From: Schizochytrium sp. TIO01
Lineage: Eukaryota > Protista > Bigyra: Labyrinthulomycetes
NCBI GenBank assembly: GCA_004764695.1
Contig: SMSO01000014.1
Span: 6,562,029-6,626,028 of the forward strand
Length of the DNA stretch: 64,000 nt
Reading direction: 5' to 3'
Below the pieces are notes generated by a model. It was not told the DNA's origin. It was given only the letters and a program-made list of their open reading frames with translations, and searched no databases. The position numbers and the translations under genes are program-made. This document shows, one piece after another, positions 33,864 through 45,009 of the stretch; position 1 is the stretch's first letter; each line of letters begins with the position of its first letter.

Positions 33864-34814
33864 ATGTCGCAACTTAAGGTGAAGATCAAGCTAGGCGGTG
33901 GCTCTTCCTCCTCCACTTCTCCTGTAGCCAGACCCGATGTCTCCAAAGCAGAAGCTGCTCCACATGAGGTCTCTGTCCTTGGTGTGTTACGCCGTCAAAC
34001 TCTCTCGGCTAGCTCGCAGCCTCTGCGACGCATGCGGCCAGTTTTCCGGGGAGACACTGCTTCGAAGGAGTCGAAAGCCTCCTCATCTCAACCCTCAACT
34101 GACGGTAATTCTGCCCAAGCTTCCTCTTCTGCACCTATGCCACCTTTGCGTGTACATCTGATTTCTGCGTCATCCTCCTCTTCGTCTTCATCCTCAAATT
34201 TGTTGTCTAGTTATAAGCGCGCTCGCAAGATTTCTAACCTCAAGACAAAACCTCGCATCCGCGACTACTCCGTGTGGGAGTCCGTTGCAAAGTACAAACT
34301 TGCTGAGGACGCTTGCGAGAGAGACGAAGCTACCGAAAGCGGTAGCGCCAATGGTGGAGCTGGCTCCGTGGACAGCTCTGCAGCTTCAAAGCTTGCTTCA
34401 GGAGGACATACTCAAGCTGGCAGTCTCGTTAGACTAACATCACATCGTGGCGCAGTTCAAGCGAGCATGAGCTTGGATGAGATGAAGTCATTATGGAGAG
34501 AAGCTCAGGCACAACACAGGGGCCAGCTGGCAAGGAAGCTCCAAATACAGGAGATTGAAAAGAAAATCAAAGAGGATCGGGCTCGCGAAATTCAGGCGCT
34601 CAGAGCACAGGCGCAGGAGGAAGAAGCAAGACGCAAACGTGAAGAGGACGAGGCAAAGGAGCGGGAAGAGCGTGCTCGAAATGAGGCACGTGAAAAAGCA
34701 CGATTGGAACGCGAGCGCTTGGCCAGGACGATTGATATGGATGCTCAGAATCAAATCATGGAGGATGGTGATGATGACGACGATGATGACGATGATGATA
34801 TGGGCGGTTTCTGA
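33864..34814 (+). CDS. Low-complexity/coiled-coil protein with N-terminal KVKIKL motif and BRD4-CTD-like C-terminus
   Basis: ATG at 33864; ends ERERLARTIDMDAQNQIMED followed by a poly-D tail. Confidence 0.75.
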   Translation: MSQLKVKIKLGGGSSSSTSPVARPDVSKAEAAPHEVSVLGVLRRQTLSASSQPLRRMRPVFRGDTASKESKASSSQPSTDGNSAQASSSAPMPPLRVHLISASSSSSSSSSNLLSSYKRARKISNLKTKPRIRDYSVWESVAKYKLAEDACERDEATESGSANGGAGSVDSSAASKLASGGHTQAGSLVRLTSHRGAVQASMSLDEMKSLWREAQAQHRGQLARKLQIQEIEKKIKEDRAREIQALRAQAQEEEARRKREEDEAKEREERARNEAREKARLERERLARTIDMDAQNQIMEDGDDDDDDDDDDMGGF

Positions 34815-35603
34815 GCAAGAAATACACTTGAAAAACCCTGTGCTGCATAAGAAGTAAACTTAGCATGTGTGAACTATCAATGATTTAATGAGACGGTTGT
34901 CTCCTCATGAGTGAAGGGAGATGATTGCTCAAGTGTTATCTGAATGGGGGAAAATAGGTTATTTTCACGATCCGTTCGGAAATGTTATAGCGTGTATCAA
35001 AACGAAAGTCAATGGAGAATAAGTGCGAGAGTATTTGTTCTGTTATCTCTAACGTATCTTCCCTAAACTAGATTCCATTTTGGTCCGATTTTTTTTCTAG
35101 CTTATGTAACTCTTGGTCTTATCATCAATGCGCTTCTCTTTTTCTTTTTTTTTGGGTGGTATTCTACCTGCTTGTCCCGCTCCATCACTCAGTATTACAT
35201 TTCCACTTTTATATGAATTTTCATTCGCGTGCACCACTTGTTGTAGACGCAGCAATTAACTACGTCAACTTTAGAATGAATTACCTAGCTAGGTATCAGT
35301 GCCAGGCACTCCCAAAAACAAAATTTTAAAACATATATTTTGACTTTCAAACCAGATCGACTTAGACTACGCTTTACAGAATATTACTTTATCAACGGTT
35401 CGTAGTTTTCCTGCCAAGTACGCTTGTTCCCTCTTTGCAACATGCCTGGGTACTCTATGGCGAAAAAGCTCAACTTCAAGTTCTCCTCCTTTTTTTTTAC
35501 CTTTTTAATCTTTCTTTTCTGCTTCTTTCATTGGAGAATTTGGGATACTCAATAAACCCAAATTCCAATCCTCACAAGCAGGTTTTCCCAAACCCTTGAC
35601 AGC

Positions 35604-36545
35604 ATGCCTCGAGCTTGTGAAGTGCTCCTGGCTGTCGGCGGAGGTGCGCTGGAGCGATGCGACTTTGGCAGGTGTCTCGTATGTCGTCTCGCTGGTAGCA
35701 AAGGTCGTCTGCCACCCGAAGGCCGAGCGTTGGTGCATTTAGTCCACGATCCAAAGAAATACAGCGTAGCTTTGGCACCAGTGGCAAGACTTGACGACAA
35801 AGAAGGCCTTCTCGAACTGATGAAGGGATCAGCAGTAGTTCCCATTGCCCATAAGACGCCTATGTGTCCTGCATTTGCTTTCGAAAGCGCAAATCATAGC
35901 CGCGAGGATTTGTCCGTCCGTGTTGGAGTCGCTGTGCTTCTTGAGAGCAGCGACGGCAAGATTCTGCTCACAAGAAGACCTTCGCGACTTCGTTCGTTTG
36001 GAGGGCTGTACGTTTTGCCTGGTGGAAATCTAGAGCCTGACGAAACTTTGGTGCAGGCAGGACTTCGAGAACTGCTCGAGGAAACTGGAGTACACATTCA
36101 AGACAATAGTAATGTACGCCCCTTTTGTCTGTGGGAGTCCACATTCCCACTTAGCTTCGAGGAGGACATGGGGAATGAAGGCCTTACACATCAGCACCTT
36201 GTTATTTACATTCACGTCCGAGCGGCGCATATAAGTTCTCAGGACCCCACACCATTTCGACCTCAGGTTTCTGAGATCTCAGAACTTGTTTGGGTATCTC
36301 GGCAAGAAGCCAAGATCTTTCTTGATGACGAGGTTAGCCTTGCAAACGAAAAGCCGTCTATTGTGGCTTTCGCACCAAATCAGAAGCACTTTGATGCCGA
36401 CGACTGGCACAGACAGGTTGATGTCACGCACGAAGATGCAGAAAAAATTACTCTGATGCAACTTCGAGAGAACGTCGTCATTGGTACCCGCTTCGCTTTG
36501 GAGACATTTTTCGAGCGGCAGGAGTGTAACATTGCAACACTGTGA
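35604..36545 (+). CDS. NUDT17: Nudix hydrolase, NUDT17-like
   Basis: Nudix box GGNLEPDETLVQAGLRELLEETG; VGVAVLLESSDGKILLTRR; LWESTFP…HQHLVIY. Confidence 0.85.
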   Translation: MPRACEVLLAVGGGALERCDFGRCLVCRLAGSKGRLPPEGRALVHLVHDPKKYSVALAPVARLDDKEGLLELMKGSAVVPIAHKTPMCPAFAFESANHSREDLSVRVGVAVLLESSDGKILLTRRPSRLRSFGGLYVLPGGNLEPDETLVQAGLRELLEETGVHIQDNSNVRPFCLWESTFPLSFEEDMGNEGLTHQHLVIYIHVRAAHISSQDPTPFRPQVSEISELVWVSRQEAKIFLDDEVSLANEKPSIVAFAPNQKHFDADDWHRQVDVTHEDAEKITLMQLRENVVIGTRFALETFFERQECNIATL

Positions 36546-36808
36546 TGAATTTTTCTGTCATAAACACCCTCTCGCTTGCAGGAGAAATGCACTTTGAAAG
36601 TCCAACAATTTCCCAAGTCCCCATGAGGCACTATACATGTTTGTCACTCTATTGTCCTTTCGAACAAACACAACAAGGCAGCAAGTCATATAACATGCCC
36701 CCCTGGTGTAACTCTTTTTGCTAATGAGGTTCATGTGATTAGTTTTATAAAAATTTATATTAAAAAAACATTAGAAGCTTTTGGGGGGAGGGTAACATCA
36801 AGAAGCGA

Positions 36809-38323
36809 TCACAAAGCCAGTTCTGATGACAACATGTTTGTTCGTTCATGAGGATCCATTCCATCTGCTGTTGCTGGTTGCCCATCGTGGGTTCGAACGC
36901 GTACTAAGGTATCGCTACGCGCCAAGGCCTGTGCAATATCCCGAACAGCATACTGCATCCAAGATAAATCCTTGTTGGCAAAAAGCTTGATTTGGTCTGC
37001 AGCTTGTTTCTCTTGAAGTAAACGATCCTTCTCCATTTGCATTTGATGAATTTGTTGTTTCAAGTGCTGTACACGCTTCCATTTATCTAGTAGAGCATTT
37101 TCTTCCTTTGCGAACTGAGGCGAGTGCTCAAGTTCAACACGTGCATATCGGAATCGGTATGCTTCATCAAGCAAGCACAATGCATCTCCTAGGGGACCTG
37201 GACTCGAAAGCGATGACGCAGACGCAGAACCTTTAAGTATCTCACTATGAGGTGTCGAGGAGCCATTCATATTAGGTCGCAAGTTCTCTTTAGTAGTGGA
37301 AGTTGAACGAGACGAGGTTCCAGATTCACTGGAACCAACGCTCATACGTGATGACGGTGTTGAAGTCTTTGCACCTGCTCTAGACGCTGCCAAGCTACCT
37401 ACGCGAGAACTAACGCGAGAATTCACTGCGTTTACTGATGCAGGGCGAGGCCGAACGCCACGATTAAGAAGAGATGACGGTGTTGAACGAGATTCTGAAG
37501 CTGGAGCCCGCGATTTGGCAGCAGCAATAGCGGCAGCGGCAGATGAAGGCCTGGTCTGTGTCGAAGCTTTCGAAGCATGCGTGGTGGGTGTTGCAGAGCT
37601 ATTATTGCTATTGTTGTTTTCGCTACTGGCACGGCTCTCTCCACTCAGCCTGGTACTTCGAGCATTTGCAGACCCTGGTCGAGAGGTCGTTGTTGATACC
37701 CGGCTTACCTGGGCTGCCCTCGACGCCGATGTAGTTCTTGTTGTAACAGAACCCAATGTCCGTCTTGCAGAGGTTGATACTGAGGCTGAAGAGGTAGAAG
37801 TTGTTGAGGTTGAAGGTGCTGAGCGGGTTGTTGGGGTGCTCGTTTGCATAAAGCGACTGGCCACAGAGATTGATTTGCGCGCAGGTCTGAGCTTCTTGGA
37901 ATCTGCCTGATCAGTATCCTTTGTATTAGACCCATTTCCTTGCTTAGAAGATGAAACGGTAGTTTTCCCCTGCGGTGTTGTGCGAGTTCGTGTTGTATTC
38001 CCTGTACGCTTCACTACGCTTGTAGAAGATGATGTAGTTGAGGATGCAGCTGCCCCAGGTTTTTCAGTTGGAATACGACGTCCAAGGTGATCTAAATAGC
38101 GTGCTCTCACGGGGCCAGACCTTGTTGTTTTTTGTTTTGCGGAGGTCGTCGCTAACTTCGACGTGGTTGTTTCCGCTGCAGACGTTGTGGCGTCACAACC
38201 ATCCTGATTCACTGAACCACCTCCCTCGCTCGAGCACTCGCTTGTGCCATCGCAAGGTTGGGGAGATTCTGCGGGGGATACTTCAGGCACATCCTGGGAG
38301 AAGCCCTCTAGAGTATCATCCAT
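36809..38323 (-). CDS. Ser/Thr/Arg-rich disordered protein with C-terminal coiled coil; possibly QWRF/HAUS8 (augmin 8)-like
   Basis: 504-aa ATG ORF; LCLLDEAYRFRYAR…ENALLDKWKRVQHLKQQI. Confidence 0.7.
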   Translation of the reverse strand: MDDTLEGFSQDVPEVSPAESPQPCDGTSECSSEGGGSVNQDGCDATTSAAETTTSKLATTSAKQKTTRSGPVRARYLDHLGRRIPTEKPGAAASSTTSSSTSVVKRTGNTTRTRTTPQGKTTVSSSKQGNGSNTKDTDQADSKKLRPARKSISVASRFMQTSTPTTRSAPSTSTTSTSSASVSTSARRTLGSVTTRTTSASRAAQVSRVSTTTSRPGSANARSTRLSGESRASSENNNSNNSSATPTTHASKASTQTRPSSAAAAIAAAKSRAPASESRSTPSSLLNRGVRPRPASVNAVNSRVSSRVGSLAASRAGAKTSTPSSRMSVGSSESGTSSRSTSTTKENLRPNMNGSSTPHSEILKGSASASSLSSPGPLGDALCLLDEAYRFRYARVELEHSPQFAKEENALLDKWKRVQHLKQQIHQMQMEKDRLLQEKQAADQIKLFANKDLSWMQYAVRDIAQALARSDTLVRVRTHDGQPATADGMDPHERTNMLSSELAL

Positions 38324-39291
38324 GGTGCCTCACGTGCAATCTGAGTTTTGGGCTCCGCTGCCCTTGTCTTTGCCAAGGCAGTTATCACATCGCTAAGCGC
38401 ACTAGGACTGCTACGACTTATTATAGTAGTTTCAATGTATGTACTGGTACCTACGATATGCGCACTTCAGATACATAAGTACTAGTCATACTTCGTGGGA
38501 TAATCTCCCTAATGGAAGCAATAAATCTCAATACCATGTGCACAAGAGTACCCTTGATATAACTATGCATATCCGATGCGTCTCTGCGGATTGGGAGCGT
38601 TATAGCTATTCAACAAAAATTATTTCTTGATAGCAAAGAATATCGACCTACACGCGAGAGACCAATTAGACAATAACGTCGCCAACCAGGTGAAGGGCTG
38701 AAAACAACAACAATTTTATTTTAGAGTTTAATTTGCCTTTTTTGCGTAAAATCTTCGAGGTTTCAAAACATGGGCGCTATAATTCTGCTTGACTTCAGAA
38801 TGATTTCTATTTCTGGGCAAAAATAAAACCCAGTATTCCCAAGATTTGAGAAAATGCGATATTCTTTGATCAGATTGTCCTGCCAATCCTATGATCTGCA
38901 ATAAATTTCTCAAAGTCTGTTTTAAGATAAAATGCACAACAAAGAATCTGAGGAACCCTTTTTAGAATCATATTATTATTATTTTCTTTTATTTTCAAAA
39001 GCATGTAATTTTTTTTTTAAATAACAAAAATTGAAAACATCATGGTAAAACACAAACTTCCAACGGACACTTTCACAATGCTCTTTTAAATCAAACAAAG
39101 AACTACAAATGATACATAAACCATCTTTGTAAATCTTCATCATTGCGTACGGGTGGTGCACGTTCGCAAGTAGCGCTGCGTGAGCGCCATCAGCACCTTC
39201 AAGAAAGGAGTGTCTTCACGAAGGCTCAGACGCAGGACCCAACCACGAAAGCACAAAAGGACCTTTCCATATTACAACAAATTGAGCTATC

Positions 39292-39864
39292 ATGGGAAAG
39301 GCAAAAGGCAAGGGCAAGAAGAATGATGGAGGCGGAGATGGCGGTGCTGAGCTCACCCCGATGGAGGTGGCTAAGCTTATGCAAGCAGAAAATATTGCTC
39401 TGCAAAGACAGCTTGCCGAACGTCAAGAGGAGTCCACAAAGGCAATCGCAGCTCGACGAGAACTTCAGAACAGGGTAATAGAGCTTAAGCGCGACTTTGA
39501 GGATGAACAGAAACAGACATTTCAAATTACAGCAGACATGACAAGGCAGTACAAATCAATGCAAGAAGAGTTGCTGACACGAATTAATATTTTGGAAAAC
39601 ACAATTAACGAACTCAATGATAAACTTGAGCAGGCTAACGCAAGCATTGAGGATATGAAGAAAGAACGCGAAGAGATCATTGCACAAAAGGACTCAGAAA
39701 TTAATGAGCACAAGCAGCGTATGGAAGATATGGCCAAGGAGTTTGGTGACATGCTCAAAGAAACTCTTGACAAGATGGGCGAACGAATTGACGTGAGCGG
39801 AAACGGCTGGGACAATGAGACCGCAACAGGTGTGCAACAGAAGCTTGCCGAGTTCAAGGTTTAA
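39292..39864 (+). CDS. CCDC153: Coiled-coil protein CCDC153/DRC12-like (flagellar nexin-dynein regulatory complex)
   Basis: Lys-rich N-terminus MGKAKGKGKK; ITADMTRQYKSMQEELL; MAKEFGDMLKETLDKM. Confidence 0.75.
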   Translation: MGKAKGKGKKNDGGGDGGAELTPMEVAKLMQAENIALQRQLAERQEESTKAIAARRELQNRVIELKRDFEDEQKQTFQITADMTRQYKSMQEELLTRINILENTINELNDKLEQANASIEDMKKEREEIIAQKDSEINEHKQRMEDMAKEFGDMLKETLDKMGERIDVSGNGWDNETATGVQQKLAEFKV

Positions 39865-40110
39865 ATTTACACAATAGATAGTTTACTAGTATGTTTCCTT
39901 CGATGTTGATAAACGCTTTATATAAAAAGGAAGAATTATTTTAAATATTCGATTCACGGTCTGGTAACTCTAGTTCTTGCTGAAAACTTGTTCGATGTAT
40001 TTTACCTTGGGGTCAGAACTGAACTCTGTACATCCATTCAGTAACCTATACGTATTGTTTAGCGTGCCTATCACCAAGACTGAGGAATTTCGAGTTATGA
40101 GTTTGCGGAT

Positions 40111-41751
40111 CTAGATAAGTGAGCGTTCCCGAATAGTGTCAATTTTAAGCACAACAATCATGAGCACAAGCCCCATCATGATAATTGGACCAATATAAAC
40201 ATTGAGGTGATCATCAAGGTTTGTAAGCGCAATACCTGCATACAGAGGTGCTGCTACGCGGCTAATTCCTTCGATGCCTTGCAAGAGACCAATATACAGC
40301 CCAGCGCTTGTAGCCAGATTTTCATTCTCCTCGAGACGTTTGGAAAACAGGCTCATATTAGGGGAGCCCACAATTGGTGTTGCAGATGAAATCAAGAAAA
40401 CACATACAACAAAGACACTCATTTGAGGCGTGGTACGACAGGATGTGATAGCAACAATGAGTCCCACTAGCAGCGTGGTTAAGCCAAAGCTAATGAAAAC
40501 CCGATCAGAGATGCACCGTGAAGCAGTAACTACAAATATAATTGCAAGTGCCACACTAAGACCAAGACCAGCGTACATGTACGAATTGTCAATAGTCGTC
40601 CAGTGAAAGTCATGGCTTGTGAGCGCTGGAAGTGCAGTCTCTAGTTCATTGAGCACAAAGCTAACGCAAAAACTAATCACAAAATGTACCCACAAGGATC
40701 GCTCTCCAAGGCGCCTAATGAGTGCGCAGAAAGTTACATTTTCCTGTTGCATCTGCTGATGTATGGATGCTGTGTCAATTATGGGTTCGGTGGCCTCATC
40801 GCTGAAAAATGAGATGACAGAAGGTCTTCGCGCAGTCGTAGAATAAGGGGATTGAGTCGTGTTATGTGAAATTAGCGGCGATCGCATCGATGGTGTTTCT
40901 GTAGTCGGTTTTACGAGACGCGGGGGCTCCTTGAAGGTCACGAACGTAAGAATGAAGAGTCCAAGCAAAAGAACAACCATGAGCCAACCCGGGTTCGTCA
41001 ATTCATTTAAAATGATAATCGAGTTGCCCACCTGATAATGAACCTCAGTAACTAAAAGGTTTGTTGCTGGCCCGATCACAATGCCAATAAGGTTCAGACC
41101 GCTGAGAGTAGCCATTGCTTTTGTGCGCTTTTCTTTTTCTGTAATGCGTGTAATAAAACTCATTGCAAGAGTTGAATTTGCAGCCCCTAAACCAACAAGG
41201 ATACGTGCAATTAAGATGAGCTCGGCGTTCCTGAGCCCAAAGGCAAGCGCATAGAGAACATTTCCTGCGATTGCTACGGCAATACAAAACATAAAGGGCT
41301 CAATCATAGGACGGCGGTCCGACCACTGGCCCAGCACAGGCATAAATAAAAGTCGGGACAACGAGAAGCTAGCTTGGCACACTCCATAAAAAACGTTCGT
41401 CTGACCAAGTTCTTTGACGTACTTTGCTAAAGATGGCATGACCATTGAATACTCAACCATGCCTATGCAACCAACTGCAATAACTGTGGCTGAGGTGAGC
41501 GACAATAGCTCGATTTCCTTGCGTTTTGAATTAACCTCAGGTGATGATGAGCATGTGCGATCATCAACAATCAAGAAACCCTCATCATCATCGCTTTCAA
41601 CAAGCGCATAATCATCATCTCTGTATAGCATTGCGCTATCCTCACCATGATGGTTTCCTACCACGAAATATTCGTTTTGGCTTTGTCGTCGCTCCCCAGC
41701 TTCTACAGGTCCCTGGTGATCCCCGTCACCAGGGTCCACGTGGTCTCGCAT
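40111..41751 (-). CDS. MFSD8: MFS transporter, MFSD8/CLN7-like
   Basis: About 12 hydrophobic segments; LGQWSDRR, ARILVGLGAAN, TNPGW, FKEP; first ATG at 41751. Confidence 0.8.
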   Translation of the reverse strand: MRDHVDPGDGDHQGPVEAGERRQSQNEYFVVGNHHGEDSAMLYRDDDYALVESDDDEGFLIVDDRTCSSSPEVNSKRKEIELLSLTSATVIAVGCIGMVEYSMVMPSLAKYVKELGQTNVFYGVCQASFSLSRLLFMPVLGQWSDRRPMIEPFMFCIAVAIAGNVLYALAFGLRNAELILIARILVGLGAANSTLAMSFITRITEKEKRTKAMATLSGLNLIGIVIGPATNLLVTEVHYQVGNSIIILNELTNPGWLMVVLLLGLFILTFVTFKEPPRLVKPTTETPSMRSPLISHNTTQSPYSTTARRPSVISFFSDEATEPIIDTASIHQQMQQENVTFCALIRRLGERSLWVHFVISFCVSFVLNELETALPALTSHDFHWTTIDNSYMYAGLGLSVALAIIFVVTASRCISDRVFISFGLTTLLVGLIVAITSCRTTPQMSVFVVCVFLISSATPIVGSPNMSLFSKRLEENENLATSAGLYIGLLQGIEGISRVAAPLYAGIALTNLDDHLNVYIGPIIMMGLVLMIVVLKIDTIRERSLI

Positions 41752-42423
41752 TATCTGGAACTGTCTGCTCTGCTTCAAGTATTCCAGTCCTAGCTCTCAT
41801 CCAAACCAAAGTCAAACTCTTCGAAAGAAGTGTTCCAGCTTGGTCTTCGTATCCTCTCTACCTTTGGGAGCAGGCCCAGTGTCGTTTCCCGCGGGACGAG
41901 GCAGAGCCTTGGTAGTACTCCCGTACCTAATTAGTTGTCAATATATGAGCCGTATACTTCTGTTTTGAGCATTTGTAAGTATCCGTCATACCTACTCATG
42001 TAGTTTAATTCTGTTCAAGTTGTGGTGTAGTGCCGTGCCGGGCTAGTAGATAGGGCAGGCGCCCGAGATCTCTCAAGCTTCGACAAGCTCGATTTAGTCT
42101 TTGATTCGTACTTAGCTACAGAAAGAAAAATTGGTATTACGCAAACGAGAACCTAAAAAGTGGGAAATGGCCCTGGTTCTTGTTTTAACTAGATTGAGGG
42201 CTCTTCTCATTATATACAGGACAAAGTAGCATGTCTACTCGCTGGGATGTGAATATGCTATGGAGACGAGCGAGCTTCGTGTAGCAAACCACATTTGATC
42301 CAAGCGCCATTCGCTGTTGCGCTGCTGTTGCGCAACACTTGAGATCTCGTAAAGTATTTACGTAGACGCCGCTAAGACTTCATTTGGCTTTACCTTTTGC
42401 AAAGAAGAGCCCGGCTGAGTGTC

Positions 42424-43158
42424 ATGGCGGAACATTTAGCGCAAGATGCAGTTGGCGGGCCAGACAGGACTCTCTCGTCTAGAGTATTGCAACTAAGGCT
42501 TGATGAAGGAGATGATGAGGATGAAGATCATGACGAAGGCGAGTTTGATGACCTTGTAAATAATGAAGAGGAGAGCGACGAAGACGATGAGGTGTTTCTC
42601 GATGTTCCCCAGGTTAGCAGGGATAAGTTGCTCATCCCTCCGCTCAATTTTGCGATTGTGGCTAAAGGTGTTTTCAGAAGTGGATATCCGAATGCTAAGA
42701 ACTTTTCGTTCATCAAGCATTTGCAAATACGTACTATGATCTGCCTTTCAGCGGAGGAAGCAGGCGAGTTGAAAATTGGCGAGGAAAACCGCGAGTTTAT
42801 CGACGCAAACGGTATTCGACTTGTGCGATTTCCGCTTGAAGGCCAAAAGGAGCCGTTTAGTCAAATGGACCTTGGCAAGATACGCAGTGCATTACGAGAA
42901 ATCTTGGATGTGCGGAATCACCCGGTGCTCATTCATTGTGATAAGGGAAAACATCGCACAGGAACTTTGGTAGGATGTCTCAGGAAACTCCAGGGCTATG
43001 CTTTGAGCGGCATCTTCCAAGAGTACTTGAGGTTCTGTAAGCAGAGCGTGCGCCTTCTCGATCACCAGCTGATCGAGTTCTTCACTATGGAATTCACCCC
43101 AGAAGAGTGCATGTTTTTACCATCCTGGCTTCCTGCAGATCAAAAGGTCCGCATGTAG
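42424..43158 (+). CDS. SIW14: Siw14/PFA-DSP-type atypical dual-specificity (inositol pyrophosphate) phosphatase
   Basis: LIPPLNFAIVAKGVFRSGYP; P-loop HCDKGKHRTG; LVGCLRKLQ. Confidence 0.88.
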   Translation: MAEHLAQDAVGGPDRTLSSRVLQLRLDEGDDEDEDHDEGEFDDLVNNEEESDEDDEVFLDVPQVSRDKLLIPPLNFAIVAKGVFRSGYPNAKNFSFIKHLQIRTMICLSAEEAGELKIGEENREFIDANGIRLVRFPLEGQKEPFSQMDLGKIRSALREILDVRNHPVLIHCDKGKHRTGTLVGCLRKLQGYALSGIFQEYLRFCKQSVRLLDHQLIEFFTMEFTPEECMFLPSWLPADQKVRM

Positions 43159-43483
43159 TATGCACATTTCCTCATTCTCTAGTAAACTTGTATTATAATT
43201 TTGTTTCGTTTCATCGCTTTAGTCATTCATATGATTTGTAAAGATGTCCTTCAAGCTTTTAGTAATTCTTTGGTTTATAGAAACTAACAAAACAAAACCC
43301 AAGTGTGTCTACTAAGTACATCCTCAGGGTAATGTACAAAATTTAAAAAAAATTACTTTTCTTCATATCAAGCTCTAATTCAAGAGACTGAAGATAGATT
43401 CATTAAGAATAAAACGCAAATCGAGAGCGTGAAGCAGGCTTATATTGAAACTGGCAAACGATGTAAGAAATCATGCTCTGGAA

Positions 43484-43544
43484 ACCCGTTTTCAGCAAGT
43501 GAAGCTGCCTGATATGCATTTTGCCTCATTACGTCATCATGGGT
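43484..43544 (-). promoter_or_regulatory. Eukaryotic type II SECIS element
   Basis: Minus strand reads acccaug-AUGAC-GUAAUGAGGC-AAAA-UGC(auaucag)GCA-GCUUCACUUGC-UGAA-aacgggu: UGAN/NGAN quartet, 10-bp helix II with one bulge, unpaired As, apical ministem, helix I ACCC/GGGU. Confidence 0.88.
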
Positions 43545-43712
43545 AAGCCCAGCATTGCACGCACATTTGCTTATTTTTCGGGTTTGGAATTACTGCATCT
43601 ATGTGCACCGCGAATAGAATGTGTTTATAAAATAGAAGTCTTGAATTTACTTTTTGCACCTCCCTGCTTTTCGTGAACTTCATTCAGATCTTGCGCCACG
43701 AGTCATCACGTT

Positions 43713-44393
43713 TTACTCCGTGGCAGTCTTAATTTCATCCCAATTCAGACGGGGCCAACCAGGCGTGGCTTCATGAAGAGCATACAAAACATTCCCCTCT
43801 AAGGTGCATACTACAAGGCCACCTTGCATAAATGGTAGACCGACGTTTTTTTCATGTCCCTGAGCATTCACTCGCCAACCCTTGCGAAAGATAATTCCGA
43901 AAAAGGCAAAAAGACCTTGCCAGTTCTCTCGTCTACGAAGCACTAATGTACGGCCTAAGCTACTGTAGCATCCAAGAGCCAAATGAGTGTCACCACTCTC
44001 ATCAATTACAAATCGGAGGCGAATTCCATCTGCACGTGGCTGAAAAAGATTGAGCTCAGCAGCCTTGTCCTTGGCCACAAGCAAACTACCTGAACCAACT
44101 AGAACCACTGTTGTGCGCTGAGCGATCCACGGGTGCTCCAGCACCTCGCGGATTCGCTCTGCGCACATGTTTCATGCAAAGTGCCGCAGCATCACGGCAG
44201 TGATGGCCTGGTCTTGACCTTCCTCATTAGTAAAAAGTTCTCGAAATACAAGTCCCTGCCCAGTCTCCACATCGACTACCTGAAGGTCGTTGCTTAGAAC
44301 TTTGTCCATATCCACCCGAGCAGCGTACTCGGCAGCGTTTCTAGCGAGTTCTTGCTTTGACTTTGCATCCTCGCGTTCGCTCTCGAGAGCCAT
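43713..44393 (-). CDS. Selenoprotein of the AhpC/TSA (PRXL2/SelU/SelL-like) thioredoxin-fold family, Sec74 (UGA at 44172-44174), 226 aa
   Basis: The two track ORFs are in one frame: LRHFA-TGA-NMCAE gives a UxxC motif. C-terminal QGGLVV..LYALH. SECIS ~170 nt downstream of the stop. Confidence 0.9.
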
Positions 44394-45009
44394 CGTCCTA
44401 GATCAGTACTAAGTACTTCAGACCAGCAAGATCTTCCACGCTGCCCAACCTAGCAGCCCATGCTACGCCTTTGTAAGCACATATTCTGCTTCCCGGTTTT
44501 GCTTGCTCCATGGCCAGACCAACGTGTGTAAGAATGGAGCGGTCAGAAAATTGAACACTTCGTAAGTAAAAAAATGCGCGAGCATTTTTATATTAAGAGT
44601 ATTATGACAGACTAGCTATTGTAATCTTTCTCTTTAAAAATTCATAAAAAGGCACAACCTAATGGTTGCAATTTAAAACTGTACAGTGGGTCATGGCTTT
44701 CAACCTCGGTACATACCTACTACATGGTTTCATTCTGTTTTGTGAACAAGCTTTTGAACTAACAGTCGAAGTGAAAAGCAAAGTTCTCTTGAAGGAAATA
44801 TCAAAGAAGAAATGGCAGGAAGTACACAAATTATTAGAACATGGTTGCAAGAACTTTTGAGCAAAAGGCAAGACAATGCTTGAGTGCAAAATTGCCAAGA
44901 GATTGCAGATTTTACAAATCAGGTTCCTGGGTAGAAACTATATGTATAGGGCTCCCTCTAAAAAATGAAATTAATGAAGGGAAGATTCGTTATAGATTGA
45001 TTACATTCT

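Noticed and set aside
43650-43710. Alternative SECIS-like hairpin immediately after the stop (AUGACUCGUGG…CACGA)
   Set aside because: Lacks the 3' GA of the quartet; the 43484-43544 element fits much better
43713-44393. Pseudogene or two-gene interpretation of the AhpC/TSA ORFs
   Set aside because: The UGA aligns with the catalytic Cys position and a SECIS is present
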